From assembly GCA_963749915.1 (NCBI GenBank), contig CAVVOP010000027.1, positions 90,609 to 154,608 of the forward strand: 64,000 bases of DNA. The letters are read 5' to 3'. Of this stretch, positions 44,167-53,701 are shown piece after piece. A model generated the notes under the pieces. That model had not been told where the DNA came from and searched no databases. It saw only the letters and a program-made list of their open reading frames with translations. Source of the DNA: an uncultured cyanobacterium. Its GTDB lineage: Bacteria; Cyanobacteriota; Cyanobacteriia; Cyanobacteriales; Cyanobacteriaceae. Position numbers and translations under genes: made by a program. Numbering within the stretch: the first letter of the stretch is position 1; every line of letters begins with the position of its first letter.

Positions 44167-45306
44167 ATGAGAGCCTTGACACAGAATTACCAACAAGTAA
44201 CTGCACCACAACAACATCGTCCCCCATCATTCACAGAGGCGAAAAATCGCCGCCAAAAAGTGCGTGCAGCGGGGATGAATCCAGATTACTGGTATGCTGT
44301 TGAGTATGACCATGCCATTAAGCCAGGACAGGTAGTTGAGGTGAAGTTTTGGAATATTTCCATTGCTTTGTATCGTGGACAAAATGGTCAACTAGTCGCT
44401 CTAGAAAATCGCTGTGCCCACCGTCAACTGGCACTTTCTTTAGGTCAAGTCGAGGGCGATCGCTTGGTCTGCTGTTACCACGGCTGGACTTACAATCAGG
44501 AAGGGAAAGTCGTTGATATCCCCCACGACCTTTTTGATAAACCAATGCCAGTGTGTAAGATCCTTACCTATCCGGTGAAAGTACGCTACGGGCTAATTTG
44601 GATTTTCCCTGGCGACTCCACATTGGCTGAAAAGAAACAAATTCCCGAGATCCCTGAGTTAGAAGGAAAAGACCGTTGGGCGTGCATACCACTCGATTTT
44701 ACTTGGGAAGCACATCACTCGATGATTATTGATAATGTCAGCGATTTCACCCACGCTTATCTGCATCGCCAGTACCGACCCTTCACTGATGCCAAGTTGA
44801 CAAAGTGTCGGGAAGAGGGAGATAAGGTCCTCGTCAGTTACGAAACCAAAGTTGGTACCGGTAGAATTTCTGGACTGTTCGTTGACCGTAAGCGGGTTAA
44901 TACCAACTCGATGGAGCTTTGTTATGAGTATCCTTACCAGTGGTCAAATACCGACGGCAAAATAAAGCATTGGTGCTTTCTTTTACCTATCAATGAACAA
45001 ATGACTCGTGTATTCTTCCTCTTCTACTTTGATGCCTTGATCATTCCTTTGACAGGGATTAAGATTCCGCAATGGCTGATGACTCTGGTACTGAAAATTG
45101 CTAATCCACTTTTGATTAAGCCGCTTCTCAGCCAAGATGGAGTTGCTCTTGAAGCAGAGCAAAAGGGCTATAATGCTCACTTCAAGGCACCTATCATTGA
45201 GCTTAATCCGGCCGTGCACTTGTTCCAGCTATTAACAATTCGCAAGTGGGAAGAACACTTGGCTATCGACACTCCCACCCAATATTGCACAGATCAAGAA
45301 ACATGA
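44167..45306 (+). CDS. Rieske non-heme iron oxygenase (SdmA-like candidate)
   Basis: CAH...CCYH Rieske ligands; NVSDFTHAYLH and QD mononuclear-iron motif. Confidence 0.85.
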   Translation: MRALTQNYQQVTAPQQHRPPSFTEAKNRRQKVRAAGMNPDYWYAVEYDHAIKPGQVVEVKFWNISIALYRGQNGQLVALENRCAHRQLALSLGQVEGDRLVCCYHGWTYNQEGKVVDIPHDLFDKPMPVCKILTYPVKVRYGLIWIFPGDSTLAEKKQIPEIPELEGKDRWACIPLDFTWEAHHSMIIDNVSDFTHAYLHRQYRPFTDAKLTKCREEGDKVLVSYETKVGTGRISGLFVDRKRVNTNSMELCYEYPYQWSNTDGKIKHWCFLLPINEQMTRVFFLFYFDALIIPLTGIKIPQWLMTLVLKIANPLLIKPLLSQDGVALEAEQKGYNAHFKAPIIELNPAVHLFQLLTIRKWEEHLAIDTPTQYCTDQET

Positions 45307-45313
45307 AAGAAAC

Positions 45314-45383
45314 CTAGTGGTCTGTCAAGATAGTTTTGAGGGACTGAGAACGGATAATTTTGGATTTTGGATTTTGGATTTTG
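45314..45383. repeat. dispersed IS/MITE-end repeat plus (TTTTGGA)n
   Basis: Inverted copy of 13500-13555, immediately after the Rieske gene. Confidence 0.8.
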
Positions 45384-45437
45384 GAGGATTGTTTTACTAT
45401 TTATTCAGGGAGTCCTAAATACTATTATGGCAATTCT

Positions 45438-46352
45438 ATGAAAAAGTTAACTAGGTTAATCGAGAATATTAAGGAGATTTTTAGTTTTGGTTTTTTTGCA
45501 TCGTCCCCAAGCAGATTATTCTTGACCATTTTACTTACACCGTCGTTATTTTTCTGTTCTATGAAGCAAGAATCTGTGATCAAGCAAGAATCTATGATTA
45601 AGCAAGAAATAGATCAATCTCCTATTAATATCTTAATCCCACTTTATTCCTACCCAACTTGGTATAATCCAGAAACTTATCTTTGGACCAAAATAGCTAA
45701 ATCTGCAACTCAAATACCGATCACTGCCGTGATTAATCCTAATAATGGACCAGATGGTGGACCTCCCAATAAAGATTATGTTAGGGGCCTTGAAGATTTA
45801 CGTACAGCGGGTGTCACCATTTTTGGTTATGTTGCCACTAATTACGGTAATCGTAGTTTAACTGAAGTTAAATCAGATATCGATTTATATCATAAATACT
45901 ACAATATTAAAGGCATTTTTTTGGACGAAGCCGCTAGTAATGAGAACAAACTTAACTACTACCAAGAAATTTATCAATACATTAAAAATAAATCTAATTT
46001 ATATACCGTAGTTCTAAATCAAGGAACCCAAACTGATGAAGGTTATCTTAGTCTTCCGGCAACGGATATCAGTGTCATTTTCGAGAACTATTCTCAACCT
46101 TGGCTGGGATACGAAAGTAAACCTTATTTAAATAAATATGATAGAAAACGTTTTTCGATTTTAATTCATACAGTTCCTGATATAGCTACAATGAAAAGTC
46201 ATATTGATTTGGCTCTGAAACGCAATATAGGTTACATTTATATAACTGACGATAGTCCAGATAGTCCAGATCAAGACCCTTGGAATAGTCTTCCTTCTTA
46301 TTGGGAAGCAGAGGTGAATTATCTTCAAGAAGTCTTTTCCAAACGAAAATGA
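45438..46352 (+). CDS. spherulation-specific family 4 protein (GH135, Sph3-like)
   Basis: PLYSYP, INPNNGP, GYV.T.Y, GIFLDE, NQGT, IFEN; probable start ATG at 45438. Confidence 0.85.
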   Translation: MKKLTRLIENIKEIFSFGFFASSPSRLFLTILLTPSLFFCSMKQESVIKQESMIKQEIDQSPINILIPLYSYPTWYNPETYLWTKIAKSATQIPITAVINPNNGPDGGPPNKDYVRGLEDLRTAGVTIFGYVATNYGNRSLTEVKSDIDLYHKYYNIKGIFLDEAASNENKLNYYQEIYQYIKNKSNLYTVVLNQGTQTDEGYLSLPATDISVIFENYSQPWLGYESKPYLNKYDRKRFSILIHTVPDIATMKSHIDLALKRNIGYIYITDDSPDSPDQDPWNSLPSYWEAEVNYLQEVFSKRK

Positions 46353-48139
46353 TAAATTCTTAATTGATCATCTTCATAATAAATCGAAGCATTGTTATGG
46401 GTACGACTATAAGCTTCACACATTTGTAAAGCTTCAAATTGTAAACTAGCACGACCCGCAGGGGAACGGTAGTAACGATAACTAGGGTCAGATAAAACTG
46501 CATAGCTAATACCTTGCAATTCCTCGGGAAAAATTACTAAGGGTTTTTTCTCTACGAAAACAAATAAATCCGGTATCTCCAAGTCAAAATTAAACTTTTT
46601 TTGACCAACTTTTGTGGAATATTTTTCGACAAACCTAGCTAAATCTTCATACCAACCTGTTCCGTAAACCTCGGCTAGTTGTTCAACTGGTGCAACAATC
46701 ATCCAAGTTTTGCGAGGAAATAAGCTATTAATTTCTAAAGCTTTACGGGCGGCCATTTCATATTCTACATAGATAAGTTTTGGGGGTTGAGGTAAACAAA
46801 AATTAAGGGTAATGGAGAAGATTAAAATTATACAAATTATCTCTGACCATTTTCCTAAAATTAAACTCAATAAACTAGACAAGCAAATAAATAATAATCC
46901 TGACAATAAACTTAGGGCGATAGGAAGGGTTAATAAGAAACTAGAATCAGAATAAAATGGATTAGTGGGAATAGCGGCCAGTCCAGCTAATAGTAACCAA
47001 GCTATAGTTACCATAATTAAGCTGACTCTTTTTCCTGCTAACATCCCAACTCCTCCAATTAAAGCTAAGATTAACAACCCGGGTGCGGCTAAGGTTATTA
47101 TTGCCAAGGCACAAATAATATTGATCACGGCATTTTTTCCATAGCTACGATGGAAAATAAAGGCAGAAAACCCCAAATATATCAACAAAAAAATTGCACC
47201 TAATTCCAATTCATTCCCCGCCCATTGTCGCACTAAAGAATTATTTAAATTGTCAGTAATATTAACTATAAATTGCCTTATCCAGCCGGGAAAATTAGTA
47301 GGTACATCAAAATTTGAAGTAAATAAATATGCACCTAAACTATACATAGAGACAAAACCTGCCGCACTGTTTTTACTTAAATTCTTGACACAATAGCCAA
47401 CACTTAACACCAGCAGTAATCCCAAAATTGGTCCCAAAAAACGCACAGTGTGCATGGGATGGATAGAACCTAAGATAGATAAAAAAGCAGCCAAAGCTGA
47501 ATAAACGGGGATGTAATTGACCTGATAGTTATCCTGGGCGATAATTTGTTGAGTTAGTAGCAAGGTTTGATAGCTGTCAGAATGTCCAAAACGAAGTTGA
47601 GTTAAAGGATACTCCCAGCGTATCACTATAGCTATGGTGAAAACGATGGCCAAGGATAATATGTTCAAGATAATTTTTGGTTGATCAGTTTTTAAGAATA
47701 CTAAGTAGGCTACTATTTTTTGTCGGCTCTTCTGAATATATTTACGTACACACTTAAGTATATTCGGAAAAGTATCCCTATTTAATAAACCTTGATCTAG
47801 GCAATCTAAAAATTTAGCAAATAAGTTTTGTCCTATCAAACTAAAATGTTGTCGAGGTTTTTCGATGTGAAAAAATATCCACCATCCCCCCAAAAATAAA
47901 CTATAGATAAGGGTGATAGTTAGCCAATTAAAAATGTGTATTCTTGCCAACAATAAAATAATAAAAAGCAGAAAACATAACAAACGAGTAACATTGCCTA
48001 AAACCCAGTCTTGAGGCGAAAAATAGCCCGTTTTAGGAAAAACTCGCTTCGGTAATTCCCAAAATAAAATCAAACAAATTATTGACAACCAAAAATTTGT
48101 CAACAAGTCCAAAAGCAACGTTTTATCATTCAATAGCAT
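46325..48139 (-). CDS. polytopic membrane protein of unknown function
   Basis: 604 aa, many hydrophobic segments, soluble C-terminal domain. Confidence 0.75.
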   Translation of the reverse strand: MLLNDKTLLLDLLTNFWLSIICLILFWELPKRVFPKTGYFSPQDWVLGNVTRLLCFLLFIILLLARIHIFNWLTITLIYSLFLGGWWIFFHIEKPRQHFSLIGQNLFAKFLDCLDQGLLNRDTFPNILKCVRKYIQKSRQKIVAYLVFLKTDQPKIILNILSLAIVFTIAIVIRWEYPLTQLRFGHSDSYQTLLLTQQIIAQDNYQVNYIPVYSALAAFLSILGSIHPMHTVRFLGPILGLLLVLSVGYCVKNLSKNSAAGFVSMYSLGAYLFTSNFDVPTNFPGWIRQFIVNITDNLNNSLVRQWAGNELELGAIFLLIYLGFSAFIFHRSYGKNAVINIICALAIITLAAPGLLILALIGGVGMLAGKRVSLIMVTIAWLLLAGLAAIPTNPFYSDSSFLLTLPIALSLLSGLLFICLSSLLSLILGKWSEIICIILIFSITLNFCLPQPPKLIYVEYEMAARKALEINSLFPRKTWMIVAPVEQLAEVYGTGWYEDLARFVEKYSTKVGQKKFNFDLEIPDLFVFVEKKPLVIFPEELQGISYAVLSDPSYRYYRSPAGRASLQFEALQMCEAYSRTHNNASIYYEDDQLRIYHFRLEKTS

Positions 48140-48312
48140 AACATTCTTAAGTATTTTTTTTACTTTACAGAAACTTTATATTTTATAACAATAGTCTTTA
48201 TCAAATTTTGATAAAAATACCTTTATCAAATCTTCATTAAAACCCCCTTTCTTTTTACTAGTAAATACTATTAGAATTTATCTAAATGGATATATTTATT
48301 TAGGTAAATACT

Positions 48313-49536
48313 ATGAATAGAAAAATCTTAGTGACGGGAGGGGCCGGTTATATTGGTTCCCATACGGTCCGACAACTAGGAGAAGCGGGTTACGAGTTAG
48401 TAGTTTATGATAATCTTTCTACGGGTACAGCCGCAGCAGTGCTTTGCGGAGAATTAGTCGTGGGCGACTTGGACAACAAAAAACTTTTACACCGTATTTT
48501 CGCTGAACATCAATTTGATGCTGTTTTGCATTTTGCGGCTAGTATTTCTGTACCAGAATCCATCGCTAACCCCCTTGCCTATTATACTAACAACACTCGC
48601 AATACACTAAGCTTACTGGAATGTTGTCAAAAATTTGGCATAAAACAACTTATTTTCTCCAGTACCGCCGCAGTTTATGGTGAACCCCAGGAAAACCCCG
48701 TCAGGGAGATATCTGCCACCGAACCGGTAAATCCCTACGGTCGTTCTAAGTTAATGAGTGAACAGATAATTCAGGATTATTCCCGCATTTCGGGGTTAAA
48801 GTATGTAATTTTACGTTACTTTAATGTTGCTGGTGCAAGTCCGAAGGGTGAAATCGGACAATCGGCGAAAAAAGCCAGTCATCTCATTAAAGTCGCCTGC
48901 GATGCTGCTTTGGGCCGTCGTTCCTCCGTTAGTATTTTTGGAACTGATTTTCTTACCCCTGACGGGACAGGGATTCGGGATTATATCCATGTGGAAGATT
49001 TAGCCAGTGCCCATATCCATGCGTTGCGTTATCTCGAAGCGGGTAACGAAAGTCAGATTTTTAACTGTGGTTATGGTCAAGGATACAGCGTTAGGGAAGT
49101 ATTGGATAAGGTAAAGGAAATTTCTGGCAACGATTTTCCTGTCATGGAAATTAAAAGACGTGCCGGCGATCCCGCTTGTGTCATAGCCTGTGCCGATAAA
49201 ATTCGGCAAATTCTCCCATGGAAACCCCAGCATAATAGCTTGGACACCATCGTCCGTACCGCCCTAGGCTGGGAGAAAAAACTTATGTCTCTAGTAGAGT
49301 TAGAGGGCAAGTTAGCCCATGAAAACTTTAAATTAGGGGCAATTCTCGTGAACAAAAAGGTGATTTCTTCTCAAGAATTAGAAGAAGTTTTAGTGGAACA
49401 ACACCATTACGGGAAAAAAGTGGGAGAAATTTTGGTACAAAAATCGATTATTTCTCAAACACTCTTGGATAGTGTTTTGCGAGAACAAAATTTGCGCAAA
49501 CAGGGTGTGTGGTTCCGAATACCTGTGGCAGCTTAA
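48313..49536 (+). CDS. galE: UDP-glucose/UDP-GlcNAc 4-epimerase with C-terminal MshEN-like extension
   Basis: GGAGYIGSH, FSSTAAVYG, PYGRSK, RYFNVAGA, DGTGIRDYIHV; extra C-terminal segment with a tandem xLG/xVG...LxxQ motif. Confidence 0.9.
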   Translation: MNRKILVTGGAGYIGSHTVRQLGEAGYELVVYDNLSTGTAAAVLCGELVVGDLDNKKLLHRIFAEHQFDAVLHFAASISVPESIANPLAYYTNNTRNTLSLLECCQKFGIKQLIFSSTAAVYGEPQENPVREISATEPVNPYGRSKLMSEQIIQDYSRISGLKYVILRYFNVAGASPKGEIGQSAKKASHLIKVACDAALGRRSSVSIFGTDFLTPDGTGIRDYIHVEDLASAHIHALRYLEAGNESQIFNCGYGQGYSVREVLDKVKEISGNDFPVMEIKRRAGDPACVIACADKIRQILPWKPQHNSLDTIVRTALGWEKKLMSLVELEGKLAHENFKLGAILVNKKVISSQELEEVLVEQHHYGKKVGEILVQKSIISQTLLDSVLREQNLRKQGVWFRIPVAA

Positions 49537-49594
49537 TTGAGAAATATTTCAGCACATAGTTCAATTCAATTTATCAAAACAAAAGGAGATTAAC

Positions 49595-52500
49595 ATGACG
49601 GTTATTGGTGATATCGATCTTAATGGTGATTTAACTGACTGGAGTGATTCATATCGTTTAGATTATCTACCCGGAACAGGAGTAGAAGGATATGAGCTCT
49701 ATGGTAAATATACAGGAGATAACTATGTATTTGCTCTGAAACTAGACCCAACTGCAACATCCATAAACCAGATTGGAACATTTACAACCTTTTGGTTCAA
49801 TACTGACCAAAATACCAGTACGGGTTATCCTATCTTTGGTTATGCTGGTGGGGCAGAATATAACGTTAATTTCTTTACCGATAATCAACCCTATCTTTAC
49901 ACAGGAGCGGCTGGAGAGATTTTTCAGATGGGACCCCTTGCCCATGCCTACAATAGCGATCAGACCATCGTAGAATTTGCTGTTCCTGCCAATATTATTG
50001 GCAATCCAAGTGCGATTGACGTGTATGCCGATGTGAATGACACCACGTTTTTGCCAAAATCTTATGCCCTCGACAAGTACACCGTTTCCTCAGTTCCCCC
50101 TGATCTCTTACCAACCCGCACCGACCCTACCAACAAAAAAATTGGAATAGTTTATTCTGAAACCAGCGCCAACCAATATTTCAGCAAGACGGCATATTCG
50201 CAATTATTTATGTCGATTCAAGAGGAAGCGATGATGGCCGGGATTCCCTTTGACCTGCTGACGGAAGCAGACTTGAAGGATATAAATAAGCTGGTCAACT
50301 ACGACACGCTGGTATTTCCTTTCTTCCAAAATGTTAACAAGGCAGATTTGCAGTCGATTGAAGACAACCTGACCAATCTTATTTACAAGTCCGGTACCAG
50401 CATTATTGCGGCCGGCAATTTCATGACCAATGATGAAACCGGCGTGGCATTGCCAGACGCTTACAGCCGCATGAATACGCTGCTCAATTTGCAGCCTCAA
50501 GCCTTTGGTACCAGTACGATTTCGCTTACTAATGGCTCCAACCCAGTGTTGCCGGGATATACAGCCCCAGTGTTGAAGGGATATACAGCCGGTGAGACCA
50601 TCCGTACCTACAATCCTCAGGGGTGGAATGTCTTCAGCAGTGTGGATCCCACTAAAACGACGACGCTGGTCAACCAAACTGTGAGTGTTGGTACGGAACC
50701 TGCGGTCGTCGCCACACAGGTCACCCCAACCAGTGGCAATAATGTTCACTTCGCAACGGAAGCTTATCTGGGAGACACCAATCTCCTCTGGCAGGCCCTG
50801 CAATGGACAACCTACGACGGCCAACCTTCCCTCGAGTTGAGCTTGACTCGTAATAACAGTCTCTTCCTGTCTCGTAATGACATGGATATTTCCCAGGAGG
50901 CTGCTGCGGTTAAACCTGCTGATAATACACCTGGCATTTACGATCGCCTGCTGCCCATTCTGGATCAGTGGAAAGAGGCTTATAACTTTGTCGGCTCTTA
51001 CTACATCAACATTGGGAACAATCCTCCTGACGAATACACCGATTGGTCGGTCTCCAAACCTTACTACAATGCCATGCTGGCGGCAGGTAATGAAATTGGG
51101 ACTCATTCCAATACCCATTTTTATGATTATCAAGGCTATAACCCTCCCGAAAACACCAACATTGCCACGGATGCACAGCTTGAGTTTGAGTTTAACCAAT
51201 CCAAGCAAGTCATTGAACAAAATCTTGGCATTAAAGTGACGGGTGCAGCATTACCCGGTGCACCAGAAACCCTGGAAACGGCTCAGAAAATTATTCAGTA
51301 CTTTGATTACATCTCTGGGGGATACTCCGGAGTTGGCGCAGGTTATCCCAATGCTTTTGGCTATTTAACACCGGAACAGACATCAGTTTACCTGGCCCCA
51401 AACCTCTACTTTGACTTCACCATGATTGAGTTCGGCATTCCAGTTTACGATGCTACGACAGGAACCTATGTGCCTAAAAAGCTCAATGCTACTGAGGCGG
51501 AACAAGAGTGGATTAATCAGTTCAATAGCCTGAACAACCATGCCAATAAGCCGATTGCGGTGATGCCCTGGCACGACTACGGGGCAACCAACTGGGAGAA
51601 CGGAGGCTACACCACAGATATGTTCACGAGTTTGATTCAAACAGCATATAACAGTGGTGCAGAATTTGTCACTCTCGACGATGCCAGCCGACGCATTAAA
51701 GCCTTTGAGCAATCCAACCTGCAAATTGTCAATAGCTCCAACACTTTAATCACGGCAACGGCGACTCCTGCCGCTGGCACCAGCCTAGGTAAGTTTAGTC
51801 TGGATCTGGGCACAGGTTACATGATTAAGAATGTCACCAACTGGTATGCCTACAACGACAACTCGGTTCTTCTGCCAACCAATGGCGGCACCTTCGGGAT
51901 CAACCTGGGTGGAACCCCTGATGATATTACCCACATTACTGACTTACCGATGCGATCGGAACTTCTTTCCTTAACTGGAAATGGCGAAGATTTGAGCTTC
52001 ACCATGATTGGAGATGGCCAAGTGAAAGTAGATTTGAAGGAGCCGACGGGCTTAAAGCTAACGGTCAAAGGGGCCGACAGCTACAGCCTGTCAGGGGAAA
52101 TTCTCACCCTTAATTTCAACCCTTCTATCAATTACCTCAGTCCCCTGGTTGCACGCAACGTCAGTGTTGATTTGGGCCCTGATATGCCTCCGGTAGTTGC
52201 TAATCCGATTGCTGATTTTACTGTCAATGAAGATGCTCCCAGCATCATAATTGACCTGAACCAGGTTTTCAACGATCCCGACGACCCCTTGATTGTGAAA
52301 TCAGTTTTAAGCAACAGTAATCCAGCACTGGTTTCGACTTCACTCAATGGCAATCTTCTGACCCTGGGCTATCTAAAAGACCAGTTTGGTACGGCTGACA
52401 TCACAATTCGGGGAACTTCTGGAGGAAACTTTGTAGACGATACCTTTAAGATAAATGTTGCCTCGGTGGATGATGCACCCACTGTTGCTACTCCCATTGC

Positions 52501-53635
52501 TGATGTTAGTGTGGAGCAAAATGCTACCCCAACGACCATCAATTTGGGCAATGTCTTCACTGATGTTGATAACGATGTCACTGCCATTGTTAAAACAGTA
52601 CAAGCAAACAGCAATTCCGGGTTAGTCACTGCTACTGTTAATGGTAATAATCTTATCCTGAACTACCAGTCAAATCAATTTGGTACAGCGGATATTACAG
52701 TTCGGGCGACATCCAACGGTGAAACTGTCGATGATACCTTTATTGTGACAGTACAACCCCTGGGTAATGTGATCAACGGAACTAATCGCCGAGATGATTT
52801 TAAGGGTACTAGTGGGCGAGACATTATCAATGTTTTTGGCGGCGACGACAAAATTGATGCTAAAGAAGGCAATGATCTTGTCTATGCAGGGACTGGAGAT
52901 GATGAACTCAAGGGTGATAAAGGGAATGATATTATCTACGGTGAGGCAGGCAAAGACAAGCTTGATGGTGGGGATGACAATGATCTGCTCTATGGGGGTG
53001 CTGGAGATGATAAACTCAAGGGTGATAAAGGGAATGACACCCTTGATGGGGGGGTAGGTAACGACGAGCTTGATGGTGAGGATGACAATGATCTGCTCTA
53101 TGGGGGTACTGGAGATGATGAACTCAAGGGGGATAAAGGGAATGACACCCTTGATGGGGGGGTAGGTAACGACGAGCTTGATGGTGAGGATGACAATGAT
53201 CTGCTCTATGGGGGTGCAGGTAGCGATGAGTTAGACGGTGGAAAGGGTAAAGATACACTGATAGGTGTTGATCCAACCAGTATCCTGGCAGGCCGAGGTG
53301 AAATTGACATCTTAAAAGGAAAAGAAGACGATGATCTCTTTATTCTGGGAGATACAAATCGAGTTTATTACGATGATGGCATTTCGGGTAATGCAGGGCA
53401 AAGTGATTATGCCTTAATTGAGGATTTCGAGAGTAAAGATGGCGATCGCGTTCAGCTCCGGGGTGATGCTTCCAACTATGTCCTGGAGGATGCTCCTAGG
53501 GGGTTACCTGGTGGCACTGCTATTTACTTCATCACTGGCACTACTAATGAACTGATTGGCGTTGTTAAGGGTGTTGATGTCGATGAATTGTTCCTGAACA
53601 GTACGAATATGTTCACCTTCGTTCCAGTAACATAA
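49595..53635 (+). CDS. large secreted polysaccharide deacetylase-domain protein with Ig/cadherin-like and RTX repeats
   Basis: RNDMD and EIGTHSNTH (NodB-like); two ~97-aa P.VA.PIAD..V...A repeats; GGxGxD repeats at 52850-53250. Confidence 0.8.
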   Translation: MTVIGDIDLNGDLTDWSDSYRLDYLPGTGVEGYELYGKYTGDNYVFALKLDPTATSINQIGTFTTFWFNTDQNTSTGYPIFGYAGGAEYNVNFFTDNQPYLYTGAAGEIFQMGPLAHAYNSDQTIVEFAVPANIIGNPSAIDVYADVNDTTFLPKSYALDKYTVSSVPPDLLPTRTDPTNKKIGIVYSETSANQYFSKTAYSQLFMSIQEEAMMAGIPFDLLTEADLKDINKLVNYDTLVFPFFQNVNKADLQSIEDNLTNLIYKSGTSIIAAGNFMTNDETGVALPDAYSRMNTLLNLQPQAFGTSTISLTNGSNPVLPGYTAPVLKGYTAGETIRTYNPQGWNVFSSVDPTKTTTLVNQTVSVGTEPAVVATQVTPTSGNNVHFATEAYLGDTNLLWQALQWTTYDGQPSLELSLTRNNSLFLSRNDMDISQEAAAVKPADNTPGIYDRLLPILDQWKEAYNFVGSYYINIGNNPPDEYTDWSVSKPYYNAMLAAGNEIGTHSNTHFYDYQGYNPPENTNIATDAQLEFEFNQSKQVIEQNLGIKVTGAALPGAPETLETAQKIIQYFDYISGGYSGVGAGYPNAFGYLTPEQTSVYLAPNLYFDFTMIEFGIPVYDATTGTYVPKKLNATEAEQEWINQFNSLNNHANKPIAVMPWHDYGATNWENGGYTTDMFTSLIQTAYNSGAEFVTLDDASRRIKAFEQSNLQIVNSSNTLITATATPAAGTSLGKFSLDLGTGYMIKNVTNWYAYNDNSVLLPTNGGTFGINLGGTPDDITHITDLPMRSELLSLTGNGEDLSFTMIGDGQVKVDLKEPTGLKLTVKGADSYSLSGEILTLNFNPSINYLSPLVARNVSVDLGPDMPPVVANPIADFTVNEDAPSIIIDLNQVFNDPDDPLIVKSVLSNSNPALVSTSLNGNLLTLGYLKDQFGTADITIRGTSGGNFVDDTFKINVASVDDAPTVATPIADVSVEQNATPTTINLGNVFTDVDNDVTAIVKTVQANSNSGLVTATVNGNNLILNYQSNQFGTADITVRATSNGETVDDTFIVTVQPLGNVINGTNRRDDFKGTSGRDIINVFGGDDKIDAKEGNDLVYAGTGDDELKGDKGNDIIYGEAGKDKLDGGDDNDLLYGGAGDDKLKGDKGNDTLDGGVGNDELDGEDDNDLLYGGTGDDELKGDKGNDTLDGGVGNDELDGEDDNDLLYGGAGSDELDGGKGKDTLIGVDPTSILAGRGEIDILKGKEDDDLFILGDTNRVYYDDGISGNAGQSDYALIEDFESKDGDRVQLRGDASNYVLEDAPRGLPGGTAIYFITGTTNELIGVVKGVDVDELFLNSTNMFTFVPVT

Positions 53636-53701
53636 GTGGCTGGAATGGAAAAAATGTTTAATTGCAAAAGTTAGGTATTTCGGTTAGGAGAACCCCAATT
53701 T

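Noticed and set aside
50204..51220. 338-aa antisense ORF
   Set aside because: Antisense shadow of the deacetylase gene
52850..53250. Long tandem repeats as an array or mobile element
   Set aside because: They are in-frame RTX nonapeptide repeats of the 1346-aa protein
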